In this document: positions 8,589 to 17,794 of the stretch, piece after piece | How positions within the stretch are numbered: position 1 is the first letter of the stretch | Layout of the letters: each line of letters opens with the position of its first letter | From: Chitinophagaceae bacterium | Lineage (GTDB): Bacteria; Bacteroidota; Bacteroidia; Chitinophagales; Chitinophagaceae | Assembly: GCA_022841365.1 (NCBI GenBank) | Contig: JALHRP010000004.1 | Span: forward strand, 48,106-112,105 | Length of the DNA stretch: 64,000 nt | Direction of reading: 5' to 3' | Notes under the pieces: model-generated | Seen by the model: only the letters and a program-made list of their open reading frames with translations | Database searches by the model: none | Told to the model about the DNA's origin: nothing | Position numbers and translations under genes: made by a program

Positions 8589-11012
8589 TTATGAATGGTT
8601 ACTATGTTTTTTTGCAGATGTACGTTGGATTGACAATAACATGACGGGAAGCAGGATGAGATTGGTAATCATAGCCACCAGCAGGGTTAATGAAGTGAGC
8701 CATCCAAGGGCCTGTGTACCACCAAAATCGGAGAAGCAGAAAATGATAAAACCGGCCACCAGTACAAGCGAGGTATAGATAATACTGATGCCTGTATGAC
8801 GGATGGTTTGTTTTACTGTTTCATGTACATCATGTTTGTGGAGCGGAAGCTCCTGTTTGTAGTTGATGAGAAAGCGGATGGTGACATCAATGGCAATACC
8901 CAGTGCCACGCTGAAAACCAGCACTGTACTTGGTTTTAGCGGAATGCCTGCCCAGCCCATTACTCCTGCAGTAATCACCAGCGGCACAATATTGGGCACC
9001 AGTGAACAGATCAATATGCGCAGCGAACGGAAGAGATAAAGCATGCAGAGTGAAATAAGCAAAAAGGCCCAGAGGATACTCTCTTTTAAACCGTTAATGA
9101 TAAACCGGCTGCCTTCCACAAACGTTACGCTTGTTCCTGTGAGCTGAATATTTGCAGTTCGTTTTAAACGGGATGAATCAATATCTCCGGGTGCTATGGA
9201 AGTACTGTTGATTAATTTGGCATATGTAAGACTATCATTGTTAAACAACTCTTCTGCTTTTGCCTGCACACTGTCTAAAATTTTTGGAAGACTGTCGCTG
9301 CCCACATCGGCCATATTTACACTGATCCGTGCACGCTGACGGCTGCTGTCCATAAAATTGCCCACCAGCTTCACGAAATTGTTGTTTTTGTTAGAACTGT
9401 TGCTGTCGGGTTTCATTTGCAGATAAGGGGCAAGAAATGCCAGGTCAAACTCATTAGGTACAGTGTACATATTACTGTCACTGTCGTAATACGCCTGCCG
9501 TGCAAATTTTAAGCCTTCGGTGATGGCAATGGCTTTTCCCATTTCAGGCCGGGCTTCTAAATACTGAACCAGTGCATCAATTTTATTGAGATTGGGAATG
9601 CTTCTGGTAACTCCTTGTTTACGACGGGTATCAACTACAATTTCCAAAGGCATTACACCGGCAAAATGCTGTTCAAAAAATTTGAGATCCACATAAATTT
9701 TATCGCTTTTAGGAAGATCATCCACAATAAAACCAACACTTTTTAAACGCAGAATACCAAGTAATGAAAACAATAACAGGATGCCTGTAAAACTATACGT
9801 GTATTTAGGATGATTAAACACCCAGTCTTCAATACGAATAATGGCTTTGTTTAACCGCTCATTTTCAAGATAGCGCACATGACGTTGCTTGGGTGCAGGC
9901 AAATAACTGAGTACAATGGGAATGAAAATAAAGGAGATCACAAACAGCACCATAATGTTGATGCCTGCTACAATTCCAAACTCTCTCAATATCTGACTCT
10001 TGGTAAGCGCAAACACCGCAAACCCAATGGCAGCAGCTATATTACAGAACAAGGTTACAATGCCCATTCGGCCAATCATGTTCACTAAAGACTGATGTTT
10101 ATCTCCGCTCTTTTTATATTCAGTATGAAATTTATTGAGAAAATAAATACAGTTGGGTATGCCAATCACCACCATCAATGGCGGAATCAGTGCATTTAAA
10201 ATCGTTATTTTAAAACCAAAAAACACAATGGTGGCAAGGCTCCACAATACACCAATAATTACCACCACCATACTCAGCCACATTGCACTGAATGAGCGGA
10301 AAAATAACAACAGAATAATGGCCGATAAAAGAACAGATCCCAGCAAAAATAATTTCATTTCATTGGCAATACGTGTACTCATCACCGTACGTACCAACGG
10401 CAGTCCGCTGAGATGCATTTCTAAATTCTGTTCTTTTCCAAACTGCTCGGTTAACTTCATCAGCCCGTCAACCGACACATTTCTGTTTTTTGAATTGAGC
10501 ACATCTTTATTAATGCGCACAGCCATCATGTATACCTTGCTTTCCGGATTGTATAAAAGACCTCTGTAGAAAGGAAGATTGTTTAGCACCGCTGCTGCAC
10601 TGTCTAACTCCTGCTGAGTTTGTATGTTCTCAGGAAAAACAGGAACGGCTTTTAATTTTTCACCTGCTGAATCTTTCACCAGGTTTACGGCTGTGCTTAC
10701 ACTTAATACATCTTCAACACCGGGTACTTGTTTAAACGCTTGCTGAAGCGCTGTGAATTTTTGATAGAAGGGCAGTTGAAAAAAATCTTTCTTTTCAAAA
10801 CCAATCACCAGCAGGTTGCCATCTTCACCAAACTTTTGTTTAAAAGCAGTATACTCAAGAAACTTTGGATGATCAACAGGAATGGCTTTTGCAAATTCGT
10901 AGCTCAGTTGCACCTTCGATGCAAAATAACCCATTACAGCAGTTGACAAGAGTACGGCAATCAGCAACATCAGCCGGTTACGTAACACCCATTTTCCCAA
11001 TTGATACCACAT
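8589..11012 (-). CDS. MMPL/RND-superfamily exporter (two sterol-sensing-like transmembrane (TM) bundles)
   Basis: The 807-aa product has two blocks of about 6 TM helices. Each block follows a large periplasmic loop, which is the COG1033-type architecture. Confidence 0.8.
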   Translation of the reverse strand: MWYQLGKWVLRNRLMLLIAVLLSTAVMGYFASKVQLSYEFAKAIPVDHPKFLEYTAFKQKFGEDGNLLVIGFEKKDFFQLPFYQKFTALQQAFKQVPGVEDVLSVSTAVNLVKDSAGEKLKAVPVFPENIQTQQELDSAAAVLNNLPFYRGLLYNPESKVYMMAVRINKDVLNSKNRNVSVDGLMKLTEQFGKEQNLEMHLSGLPLVRTVMSTRIANEMKLFLLGSVLLSAIILLLFFRSFSAMWLSMVVVIIGVLWSLATIVFFGFKITILNALIPPLMVVIGIPNCIYFLNKFHTEYKKSGDKHQSLVNMIGRMGIVTLFCNIAAAIGFAVFALTKSQILREFGIVAGINIMVLFVISFIFIPIVLSYLPAPKQRHVRYLENERLNKAIIRIEDWVFNHPKYTYSFTGILLLFSLLGILRLKSVGFIVDDLPKSDKIYVDLKFFEQHFAGVMPLEIVVDTRRKQGVTRSIPNLNKIDALVQYLEARPEMGKAIAITEGLKFARQAYYDSDSNMYTVPNEFDLAFLAPYLQMKPDSNSSNKNNNFVKLVGNFMDSSRQRARISVNMADVGSDSLPKILDSVQAKAEELFNNDSLTYAKLINSTSIAPGDIDSSRLKRTANIQLTGTSVTFVEGSRFIINGLKESILWAFLLISLCMLYLFRSLRILICSLVPNIVPLVITAGVMGWAGIPLKPSTVLVFSVALGIAIDVTIRFLINYKQELPLHKHDVHETVKQTIRHTGISIIYTSLVLVAGFIIFCFSDFGGTQALGWLTSLTLLVAMITNLILLPVMLLSIQRTSAKKHSNHS

Positions 11013-11124
11013 GTGATTCAGATACGTTTATGAGTAAAATAAAAGCAGCGCAAAGAAACGCCATTCTGCCTTACCTGCATCAAAAAATCTGCCTTGAGCG
11101 AAAAGCATTTAAATTTGAATTGCG

Positions 11125-13425
11125 ATGTTTCAGAAACTTTTTTTATCAGGTCTTTTTGGTTTCATTTATTTCTCTGCTGCTGCTCAGTTAACAGGTATTG
11201 GTCAGTGGCGGGAGCATATGGAATATAAATCCGGTCTGCGTGTTACACTTTCGGCCGATCATGTATTTACTGCATCCAATTACGGCGCATATGCTGTAAG
11301 CAGAAGCGAGGGCGAAATTGAACGGCTGAGTAAAGTAACGGGATTAAATGATGTGGGAATCAGCGCCATCAAATACAATTCATTCAACAGTAAACTGGTG
11401 ATTGCATATACCAACAGCAATCTGGATATTATTTACCGCAACGATATAATTAACCTCCCCGATATTCTCCGAAGCAATGTAAGCGGCGATAAAAAAATTT
11501 ATGACATCAGCTTTCTCAACAACAAAGCCTATCTCAGCACCGGACTTGGTGTTATTGTAGTTGATTTAGAGAAATACGAAATAAGCGGCACATACTTTAT
11601 TGGCAACACCGGTGGCAATGTGAAAGTGAATGGGTTTGCAGATGATGCAACACGTTTCTATGCAGCTACTGAAGAAGGATTAAAAGCTGCCAATCAAAAT
11701 GCGGCGAACCTAAGTGATTACCGTAACTGGTCTTTATTAAGTGGCGCAAATGGTTTGCCGCAGGGTCCGGTTAAACAGGTGATGGTTATTCAAAATACAA
11801 TCGTTGTTCAATATTTTACATCGTTGTATGCATTGAACGGGAATACATGGCAGTTAATTTATAACGATGACTGGCGATGGGAAAATGTAAATGCAAGTGA
11901 CGGCACCATTCTTATTTGCGAAGAAAAGAATTCATGGAACGAACGAAGAGTGTTATTGCTGAATGTAAATGGTTCTATTAACCGCATCGTTCAAAACAAT
12001 AATGAACTGAGGTATCCTTTTCAGGCAGTAAAAAGTGGTAACGAAATATGGATTGCCGATTTTGATAAAGGTCTGGTGAAAGCTGAGGCCAGTCTCTTTG
12101 AGCGATACGCTATTAATTCGCCGTATGGGCGTTTAGATGGAGACATGTTGTTTTATAAAAACAAATTGTACGTTGCCGGTGGTAGTGTAAATGAAGACTG
12201 GAATTATCAGTACAACGGTACCGGTTTTTTCAGTTTTGAAAACAATGAATGGAAAGATTTTAACCGTACCAATCTTTCGTGGATGGATACGGTGCTGGAT
12301 GTAATCAGCATTGCTGTTGATCCACGCAACAATACTGTTTATGCAGGATCTTTTGGTGGTGGTTTGATTGAGTTTGAAACTGCAACCAAATATAAAATTT
12401 TCAAACAGGGGTCGCCGTTGAATGTAGCTGTTGGTGATCCCAACAATTACCGTGTTGGCGGTTTGGCCTTTGATGCTGAGAACAATCTCTGGATCAGCAA
12501 TTTTGCCGGCAGTAATAATTTTCTTGTAAAAAAAGCAGATGGTAACTGGCGAAGTTTTCGTGTGCCCTTTTTAATCAGGGATAATATGGTTGGTGCTATT
12601 GTAATTGATGATGCCAATCAAAAGTGGATACAGGTTCCGCAGGGAAACGGATTGCTTTGTTACAATCATGGTGCTTCTATTGATAATGCAGGAGACGATC
12701 GTTGGAAATGGTTTCAAACAGGAAGAGGCAATGGAAACCTGCCCAGCAACTTTGTAAACTGTTTGGTAAAAGATAAAGATGGATTTATCTGGTTAGGAAC
12801 AGATAAAGGCATTGCTATTATTCAATGTCCGGCCGAAGTGTTTACAGCCAATGGATGCGAAGCATTTCAACCCATTGTACAGCAGGATAATTTTGCCGGC
12901 TTCTTATTTGAAAATGAAGAAGTGCGTGCTTTAGCAGTGGATGGTGCAAATCGCAAATGGGTGGGTACACGCAATGGTGTTTGGCTTATTAGTGCAGATG
13001 GTGAAAAAGTAGTTCAACGTTTTACTGCAGAAAACAGTCCGCTGTTGAGTAATGAAATTATACGCATTGCCATTGATCCGCAAAGTGGCGAAGTATTCTT
13101 TTCTACATTCAATGGTATCTGCAGCTATCGCAGCACTGCAACAGAAGCAAATGAAACAAAAGATCAGGTGATTGTGTTTCCCAGTCCGGTGCCAGCGGGT
13201 TATAATGGAATGATTGGCATACGTGGATTACCGGAGAATTCAATTGTAAAAATTACAGAACTCAACGGACGATTGGTTTATCAAACAAGATCATTAGGTG
13301 GACAAGCAGTATGGAATGGAAAAGATTATAATAATCAACGTGTATCAAGCGGCGTATATCTTGTACTGGCAAAAAATGAAACGGGTATAGAAAAAAATGT
13401 GGGCAAGATCGTGTTCATCAAATAA
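11125..13425 (+). CDS. Beta-propeller protein with T9SS C-terminal sorting domain (PorZ-like)
   Basis: Signal peptide (FSAAAQ). It has repeated two-component-regulator-propeller type motifs (NNLWISNFAG, GFIWLGTDKGIAI, NRKWVGTRNGVWLI). The C-terminal approx. 80 aa is a T9SS CTD (VFPSPV...ITELNGRLV...GVYLVLAKNE...GKIVFIK). Confidence 0.7.
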   Translation: MFQKLFLSGLFGFIYFSAAAQLTGIGQWREHMEYKSGLRVTLSADHVFTASNYGAYAVSRSEGEIERLSKVTGLNDVGISAIKYNSFNSKLVIAYTNSNLDIIYRNDIINLPDILRSNVSGDKKIYDISFLNNKAYLSTGLGVIVVDLEKYEISGTYFIGNTGGNVKVNGFADDATRFYAATEEGLKAANQNAANLSDYRNWSLLSGANGLPQGPVKQVMVIQNTIVVQYFTSLYALNGNTWQLIYNDDWRWENVNASDGTILICEEKNSWNERRVLLLNVNGSINRIVQNNNELRYPFQAVKSGNEIWIADFDKGLVKAEASLFERYAINSPYGRLDGDMLFYKNKLYVAGGSVNEDWNYQYNGTGFFSFENNEWKDFNRTNLSWMDTVLDVISIAVDPRNNTVYAGSFGGGLIEFETATKYKIFKQGSPLNVAVGDPNNYRVGGLAFDAENNLWISNFAGSNNFLVKKADGNWRSFRVPFLIRDNMVGAIVIDDANQKWIQVPQGNGLLCYNHGASIDNAGDDRWKWFQTGRGNGNLPSNFVNCLVKDKDGFIWLGTDKGIAIIQCPAEVFTANGCEAFQPIVQQDNFAGFLFENEEVRALAVDGANRKWVGTRNGVWLISADGEKVVQRFTAENSPLLSNEIIRIAIDPQSGEVFFSTFNGICSYRSTATEANETKDQVIVFPSPVPAGYNGMIGIRGLPENSIVKITELNGRLVYQTRSLGGQAVWNGKDYNNQRVSSGVYLVLAKNETGIEKNVGKIVFIK

Positions 13426-13433
13426 GTTTTCTT

Positions 13434-14183
13434 TTGAGTAATGTACTTCATAAAACAAAAGCAGTAATTCTCCGCTCAGTGAAGTATGGCGAAACCAGTT
13501 TAATTGTTTCGGCATATACTGAATTGTATGGTTTGCAGAGTTATATTGTACAAGGTGTAAGAACCAGTTCAAAAAAAGGTACAGGCAAAGCCAATTATTT
13601 TCAGCCTGGCTCTATGCTGGAGCTCATTGTATATCATCATGATTTAAAAAATCTGCAGCGTATTAAAGAATTTAAATGGAGTTATTTGTATGAGCAGTTG
13701 TTTGCTGATGTAATAAAAAATACGGTGCTGCTGTATATGATGGAACTGTTGCAGAAATGTGTTAAGCAACCGGAGAACAATCCTGATCTGTTTTATTTTA
13801 TTGAAGAAGCGTTGATGCAGTTAGATCATGCCAATGAAAAAGTAACCGCCAATTTTCCACTTTACTTTGCATTGCACTTAACCAACTTTTTTGGATTTCA
13901 GATAAATGTAGATGATGCTGAAATAAATCCTGTTCTCGATTTGCAGGAAGGAAGTTTTACAGCCACACATCCGCAACATGTGTATTATGCTGAAGGTAAA
14001 ACTGCAGAACTCATCAGAGAATTATTAAAAGCCATGCAGCCACATGAACTGGTAGAAATTCCAATGAATTATTTACAACGCAGGCAGGTGTTAGAAGTAT
14101 TGGAAACCTATTATGCACTGCATATTTCTGAATTTGGAAAGTTAAAAACACTTCCTGTATTGCAACAGATATTTGAGCCTTGA
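13434..14183 (+). CDS. recO: DNA repair protein RecO
   Basis: The N-terminal OB fold is typical of RecO (KTKAVILRSVKYGETSLIVSAYTELYGLQSYIVQGVR). Length is 249 aa and the apparent start codon is TTG. Confidence 0.85.
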   Translation: MSNVLHKTKAVILRSVKYGETSLIVSAYTELYGLQSYIVQGVRTSSKKGTGKANYFQPGSMLELIVYHHDLKNLQRIKEFKWSYLYEQLFADVIKNTVLLYMMELLQKCVKQPENNPDLFYFIEEALMQLDHANEKVTANFPLYFALHLTNFFGFQINVDDAEINPVLDLQEGSFTATHPQHVYYAEGKTAELIRELLKAMQPHELVEIPMNYLQRRQVLEVLETYYALHISEFGKLKTLPVLQQIFEP

Positions 14184-14240
14184 TACGTGAATCTTAGAAA
14201 TTAATTTACATCTCCGAAAAGTGAGGGCTGTGTGATTCTT

Positions 14241-14268
14241 CCCCTCTTGAGAGGGGATTGAGGGGTGT
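14241..14268 (+). repeat. Hairpin with duplicated G-rich 3' arm (element A)
   Basis: CCCCTC-ttga-GAGGGG-att-GAGGGG-tg lies between the convergent recO and amidohydrolase genes. Confidence 0.5.
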
Positions 14269-14275
14269 GTAATAT

Positions 14276-15511
14276 TTACAACAATCTTTTTGATGTACTG
14301 AAATCATTGTTCAGCAAAACAACTCCCGGTTGCTTTCCTTTATCAAAGCTGCCCAACACATCATCCCACTGCAAAGCTTTTGCTCCATTGATGGTTGCCA
14401 TTTGTAACAATTGTTCAACTACTTTCAGGTATGGCATACTTCTAAAGTATGCCATACCTCTTAATGCTTCCAATTCTTTTGCAATACTTAGTTGCCGGTT
14501 ACTGCTGTAACTATCTGTACCCAACCCAACATTGCAACCGTGCTTTAGTAAAAGATCAACAGGTGGTGTTTTGTTTTCAATGTACAGATTGGCATTGATG
14601 CATAAACAATAAATGAGCTTTAAACCATTGGCTGCAGCATATGTATTGGCCCAAACAATATCTTCTTCGGGCATATACGTATTGTGAACCAGCAGTATGG
14701 TTTGCTGTTGATTGAAATAAGGAAGATAAGATCGAATGCTTGTTTTTCCTGTAACAGGAAAAGGAGAAACAGGCATGCCGAATATGTTGAAAAACTTCAG
14801 GAAATCTCCTCCGCCTGTCTGATACAATTCATTTTCTGCAGGATTTTCCTGATTGTGTATAGAAATGATCCTGCCTGCAGTTGCATCATTAATCAACTGA
14901 AACATTTTTGGGGAAATGCTGTAAGGTGCATGTGGTACCAGCGATGTACGGTGTGCGGTGTTTGAAGTAAGAAGGGAGTTTTCTAATTCTGTTGCAACTG
15001 ATTGATAACGCTTAAAATTATCATCTGCCTTTTCATCTGTAAAACAAAGCACTTCAACAAAATTCTGCCATCTGATTTTACTGTTGCTTTTTACCAAAGC
15101 AGTATCGGCCGTGTTACCAATATCTCCAACAGCAACAATACCGTTATTGTACATTTCTGCTTCTGCATTTGCAATTGCAAACTGTTTTATTTTTTCGGAG
15201 GTTTCAAGTTCCTCTCCTTTTGGGGGAGGCTGGGAGGGGGCCTCACGCTTTTTTACAACAGAACATAAGAAATCAATTAAACCCGTATGTGGTGGAATAA
15301 CATTTTTTAAATGACTCAACTCTAAATGACAATGTGCATTAATAAAACCGGGTGTAAGTATTCCATCAAACACTTCTACATCATCACCTGCATCTTCTGC
15401 TGCTGCAAGATCCTGCACAACACCTGCTGTATCGGTGATCAGCACTTTACCTGATTGATGCAGCCGATACCCGTCAAATAACTCTGTTGCTTTGAATTTC
15501 CTGTAGCCCAT
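14276..15511 (-). CDS. Amidohydrolase-superfamily metal-dependent hydrolase (chlorohydrolase/deaminase-like)
   Basis: HxH metal motif (GFINAHCHLELSHL) and later LGTDS. The start was trimmed to MGYRKFKATELFDG at 15511, because the 124-codon upstream extension overlaps prfA on the other strand and has no homology-like features. Confidence 0.8.
   Translation of the reverse strand: MGYRKFKATELFDGYRLHQSGKVLITDTAGVVQDLAAAEDAGDDVEVFDGILTPGFINAHCHLELSHLKNVIPPHTGLIDFLCSVVKKREAPSQPPPKGEELETSEKIKQFAIANAEAEMYNNGIVAVGDIGNTADTALVKSNSKIRWQNFVEVLCFTDEKADDNFKRYQSVATELENSLLTSNTAHRTSLVPHAPYSISPKMFQLINDATAGRIISIHNQENPAENELYQTGGGDFLKFFNIFGMPVSPFPVTGKTSIRSYLPYFNQQQTILLVHNTYMPEEDIVWANTYAAANGLKLIYCLCINANLYIENKTPPVDLLLKHGCNVGLGTDSYSSNRQLSIAKELEALRGMAYFRSMPYLKVVEQLLQMATINGAKALQWDDVLGSFDKGKQPGVVLLNNDFSTSKRLL
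15211..15243 (+). repeat. Hairpin with duplicated G-rich arm (element D), embedded in the amidohydrolase CDS
   Basis: CCTCTCC-tttt-GGGGGAGG-ctg-GGAGGGGG-cc. Read on the minus strand it encodes EAPSQPPPKGEE. Confidence 0.45.
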
Positions 15512-15582
15512 GGATTGAATTCTTTTAACTTTGCCGCTCAAATTTATATACAAAACCTTCCCTTTGGGAAGATGGAGGCGAA

Positions 15583-16647
15583 ATGTTAGATAAGTTAGAC
15601 GCAATAAAAGCAAGATTTGATGAAATTGGTGTTGCCTTAACCAACCCCGAAATTGTAAGCAATAACAAACAGTTCTCGGCATTAAGTAAAGAATACCGGA
15701 GCCTGGAGAAAATTGTGATTGCTCAAAAAGAATACCTGCAGGTATTGGATGATGTAAACAGTTACAAAGAAGCGTTGAATGGGAATGATGAAGAGTTGAG
15801 AGAAATGGCAAAAGAAGAATTGCCGTCATTAGAGCAAAAAAAAGAGCAGCTTGATAAATATATTCGTCAGTTATTAATTCCAAAAGATCCGCAGGATGAT
15901 AAGAACGCCATTCTTGAAATCCGTGCAGGTACAGGTGGTGATGAAGCCAGTCTTTTTGCAGGTGATCTCCTTCGCATGTATACCAAATATTGTGAGCGTC
16001 GTGGATGGAAAACAGCTGTCCTGAGCGAAAACGAAGGAACAGTTGGCGGTTACAAAGAAGTGCAACTGGAAGTTACAGGCGATGATGTGTATGGGGTATT
16101 AAAATTTGAAAGTGGTGTACATCGTGTACAGCGTGTACCTGCAACCGAAACAAGCGGCCGTGTGCATACCAGTGCTGCAACTGTTGCCGTAATGCCCGAA
16201 GCAGAAGAAATTGATTTTGAATTAAGAGAAAGTGATGTAAAAATGGAAACATCACGAAGTGGCGGTGCAGGCGGACAAAACGTAAACAAAGTTGAAACCA
16301 AAGTAATGCTTACGCATATACCTACCGGTGTTGTGGTGATTTGTCAAACAGAACGTACACAGCTGGGTAACCGTGAAAAAGCCATGCACACCCTGCGTAC
16401 CCGTTTGTACGAAGAACAGGTACGGAAACAGGAAGAAGAAATTTCAAGACAACGGAAAAGCCTGGTGAGTACAGGCGACCGAAGTGCCAAGATCAGAACA
16501 TACAATTATCCGCAGGGGCGGGTAACCGATCACCGTATTGGACTTACCCTCTATAATCTGGATGCTGTATTAAACGGAGAAATTGATGAATTGATTGATG
16601 CTCTCCAGTTCGCCGAAAATGCAGAGAAACTTTCAGCACAATCTTAA
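15583..16647 (+). CDS. prfA: Peptide chain release factor 1
   Basis: It has the PAT tripeptide ([14 protein letters not shown]) and the GGQ motif ([16 protein letters not shown]). Length is 354 aa. Confidence 0.95.
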   Translation: MLDKLDAIKARFDEIGVALTNPEIVSNNKQFSALSKEYRSLEKIVIAQKEYLQVLDDVNSYKEALNGNDEELREMAKEELPSLEQKKEQLDKYIRQLLIPKDPQDDKNAILEIRAGTGGDEASLFAGDLLRMYTKYCERRGWKTAVLSENEGTVGGYKEVQLEVTGDDVYGVLKFESGVHRVQRVPATETSGRVHTSAATVAVMPEAEEIDFELRESDVKMETSRSGGAGGQNVNKVETKVMLTHIPTGVVVICQTERTQLGNREKAMHTLRTRLYEEQVRKQEEEISRQRKSLVSTGDRSAKIRTYNYPQGRVTDHRIGLTLYNLDAVLNGEIDELIDALQFAENAEKLSAQS

Positions 16648-16734
16648 AAGAAATCACCGGTTTCGTCGAAATTTATACTGCAGGCTCTTTTTCCTCTTTA
16701 CCTTCCTTTTCTTTTTTAACCCCAAACTTATTTT

Positions 16735-17313
16735 ATGTTTGAACAGCTATTTAATCTCGTAAAAGAACAGGCAGGTGCTGCCATTATTCAGAACCCTGAT
16801 ATTCCGAATGAGCGAAACGATGAAGCAATCGGAGAAGTAACCAATAGTGTAACCAACGGTTTACAAAATGCAATATCCGGCGGGCAATTTAAAGATGTAC
16901 TGAAGCTGCTGGGCGGTCAGGGGGGCGATGTACAGAACAATCCTTTAGCCAGCCAGTTATCCGGTAACGCAGTGAGTTCATTAATGGAAAAATTTGGATT
17001 GAATCAGGGGCAGGCAGGTAATATTGTAAGTAATCTGTTACCCGGCGTTTTAAAAAATCTTATTTCAAAAACAAATAACCCTGCAGACAGCAGTTTCGAT
17101 TTACAGGGCATCTTCAGTTCATTAACCGGTGGAAAAACAGGCGGACTGGATATTCAGGGCCTTCTTGGAAAAGTTACACAAGGCGGACTTGATAAAGATG
17201 GTGATGGTGATACAGATTTTAATGATGTGATTAATATGGTGAAAGGCGGTGCAGCTCAGTCTAAAGGCGGCGGAGGAATGATGGATATGGTAAAGGGTTT
17301 ATTTGGTTCATAA
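16735..17313 (+). CDS. Gly/Asn-rich hypothetical protein (DUF937-like), with an EF-hand-like DKDGDGDTD loop
   Basis: The ORF is clean and has its own terminator. Repeated L..LLGG / FGLNQGQAGNIVSNLLPGVL segments are present. The family assignment is tentative. Confidence 0.6.
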   Translation: MFEQLFNLVKEQAGAAIIQNPDIPNERNDEAIGEVTNSVTNGLQNAISGGQFKDVLKLLGGQGGDVQNNPLASQLSGNAVSSLMEKFGLNQGQAGNIVSNLLPGVLKNLISKTNNPADSSFDLQGIFSSLTGGKTGGLDIQGLLGKVTQGGLDKDGDGDTDFNDVINMVKGGAAQSKGGGGMMDMVKGLFGS

Positions 17314-17336
17314 AGAAAGATCTCCATTGAATAATC

Positions 17337-17371
17337 ATCCCGGTCTGCTTTTGCTGATCGGGATTTTTTTT
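17337..17371 (+). terminator. Intrinsic terminator of the 16735-17313 gene
   Basis: ATCCCGGTC-tgcttttgct-GATCGGGAT forms a 9-bp stem with one G-T pair. It is followed by T8. Confidence 0.7.
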
Positions 17372-17564
17372 CGATTGAGAGAGGTTACGGAAATGTTCGT
17401 GGTATAAAAATAAGCACACGGAAAGCTGTTGGCATGGTTTTGGAAAGTGCTGTTATACGATTAAAGATGTTGAAAGGAAGCAAATTGGTTTTAGAAAGTT
17501 TTAACAGAAGGCAGGTAAACTTTGGAATCGGTTTTGCGTCTTAATAGTATAAAGTTTGAAAGCA

Positions 17565-17627
17565 GTCAATTTTCTCATAAGCAGTTAGTTTTGGTTACGG
17601 TCTCCCGATTCTTCGGGAGACCCTTTT
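17565..17627 (+). ncRNA. Candidate small RNA, copy 1 (27-nt shared core plus intrinsic terminator)
   Basis: The core TTTTCTCATAAGCAGTTAGTTTTGGTT spans 17570-17596. It is followed by GGTCTCCCG-attctt-CGGGAGACC and then CTTTT. A near -7 box (AAAGTTTG, 17551-17558) lies 11 nt upstream of the core. Confidence 0.35.
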
Positions 17628-17729
17628 AAAAAAACCGAAAAAGTTGAAAGAAAGGTTTGCAGAACATTAACAGGACGTGAACCTTGCACACAGGAAGATT
17701 AAACGAACTTTGTATAACAAATTTGAATT

Positions 17730-17794
17730 TACTTTTTTCTCATAAGCAGTTAGTTTTGGTTTCGACCCCGGTTTCCACCGGGGTCTCTTTTTTT
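17730..17794 (+). ncRNA. Candidate small RNA, copy 2 (same 27-nt core, different terminator stem)
   Basis: The identical core spans 17735-17761. It is followed by GACCCCGG-tttcca-CCGGGGTC and then TCTTTTTTT. A near -7 box (CAAATTTG, 17718-17725) lies upstream. The 3' part overlaps the last codons of the VanZ-like CDS on the other strand. Confidence 0.35.

Noticed and set aside
15512-15883. 124-codon N-terminal extension of the 14276-15883 minus-strand ORF
   Set aside because: It overlaps the well-supported prfA gene on the opposite strand. It is Leu/His-rich and shows no protein-like features. The amidohydrolase homology begins at MGYRKFKATELFDG (start 15511).
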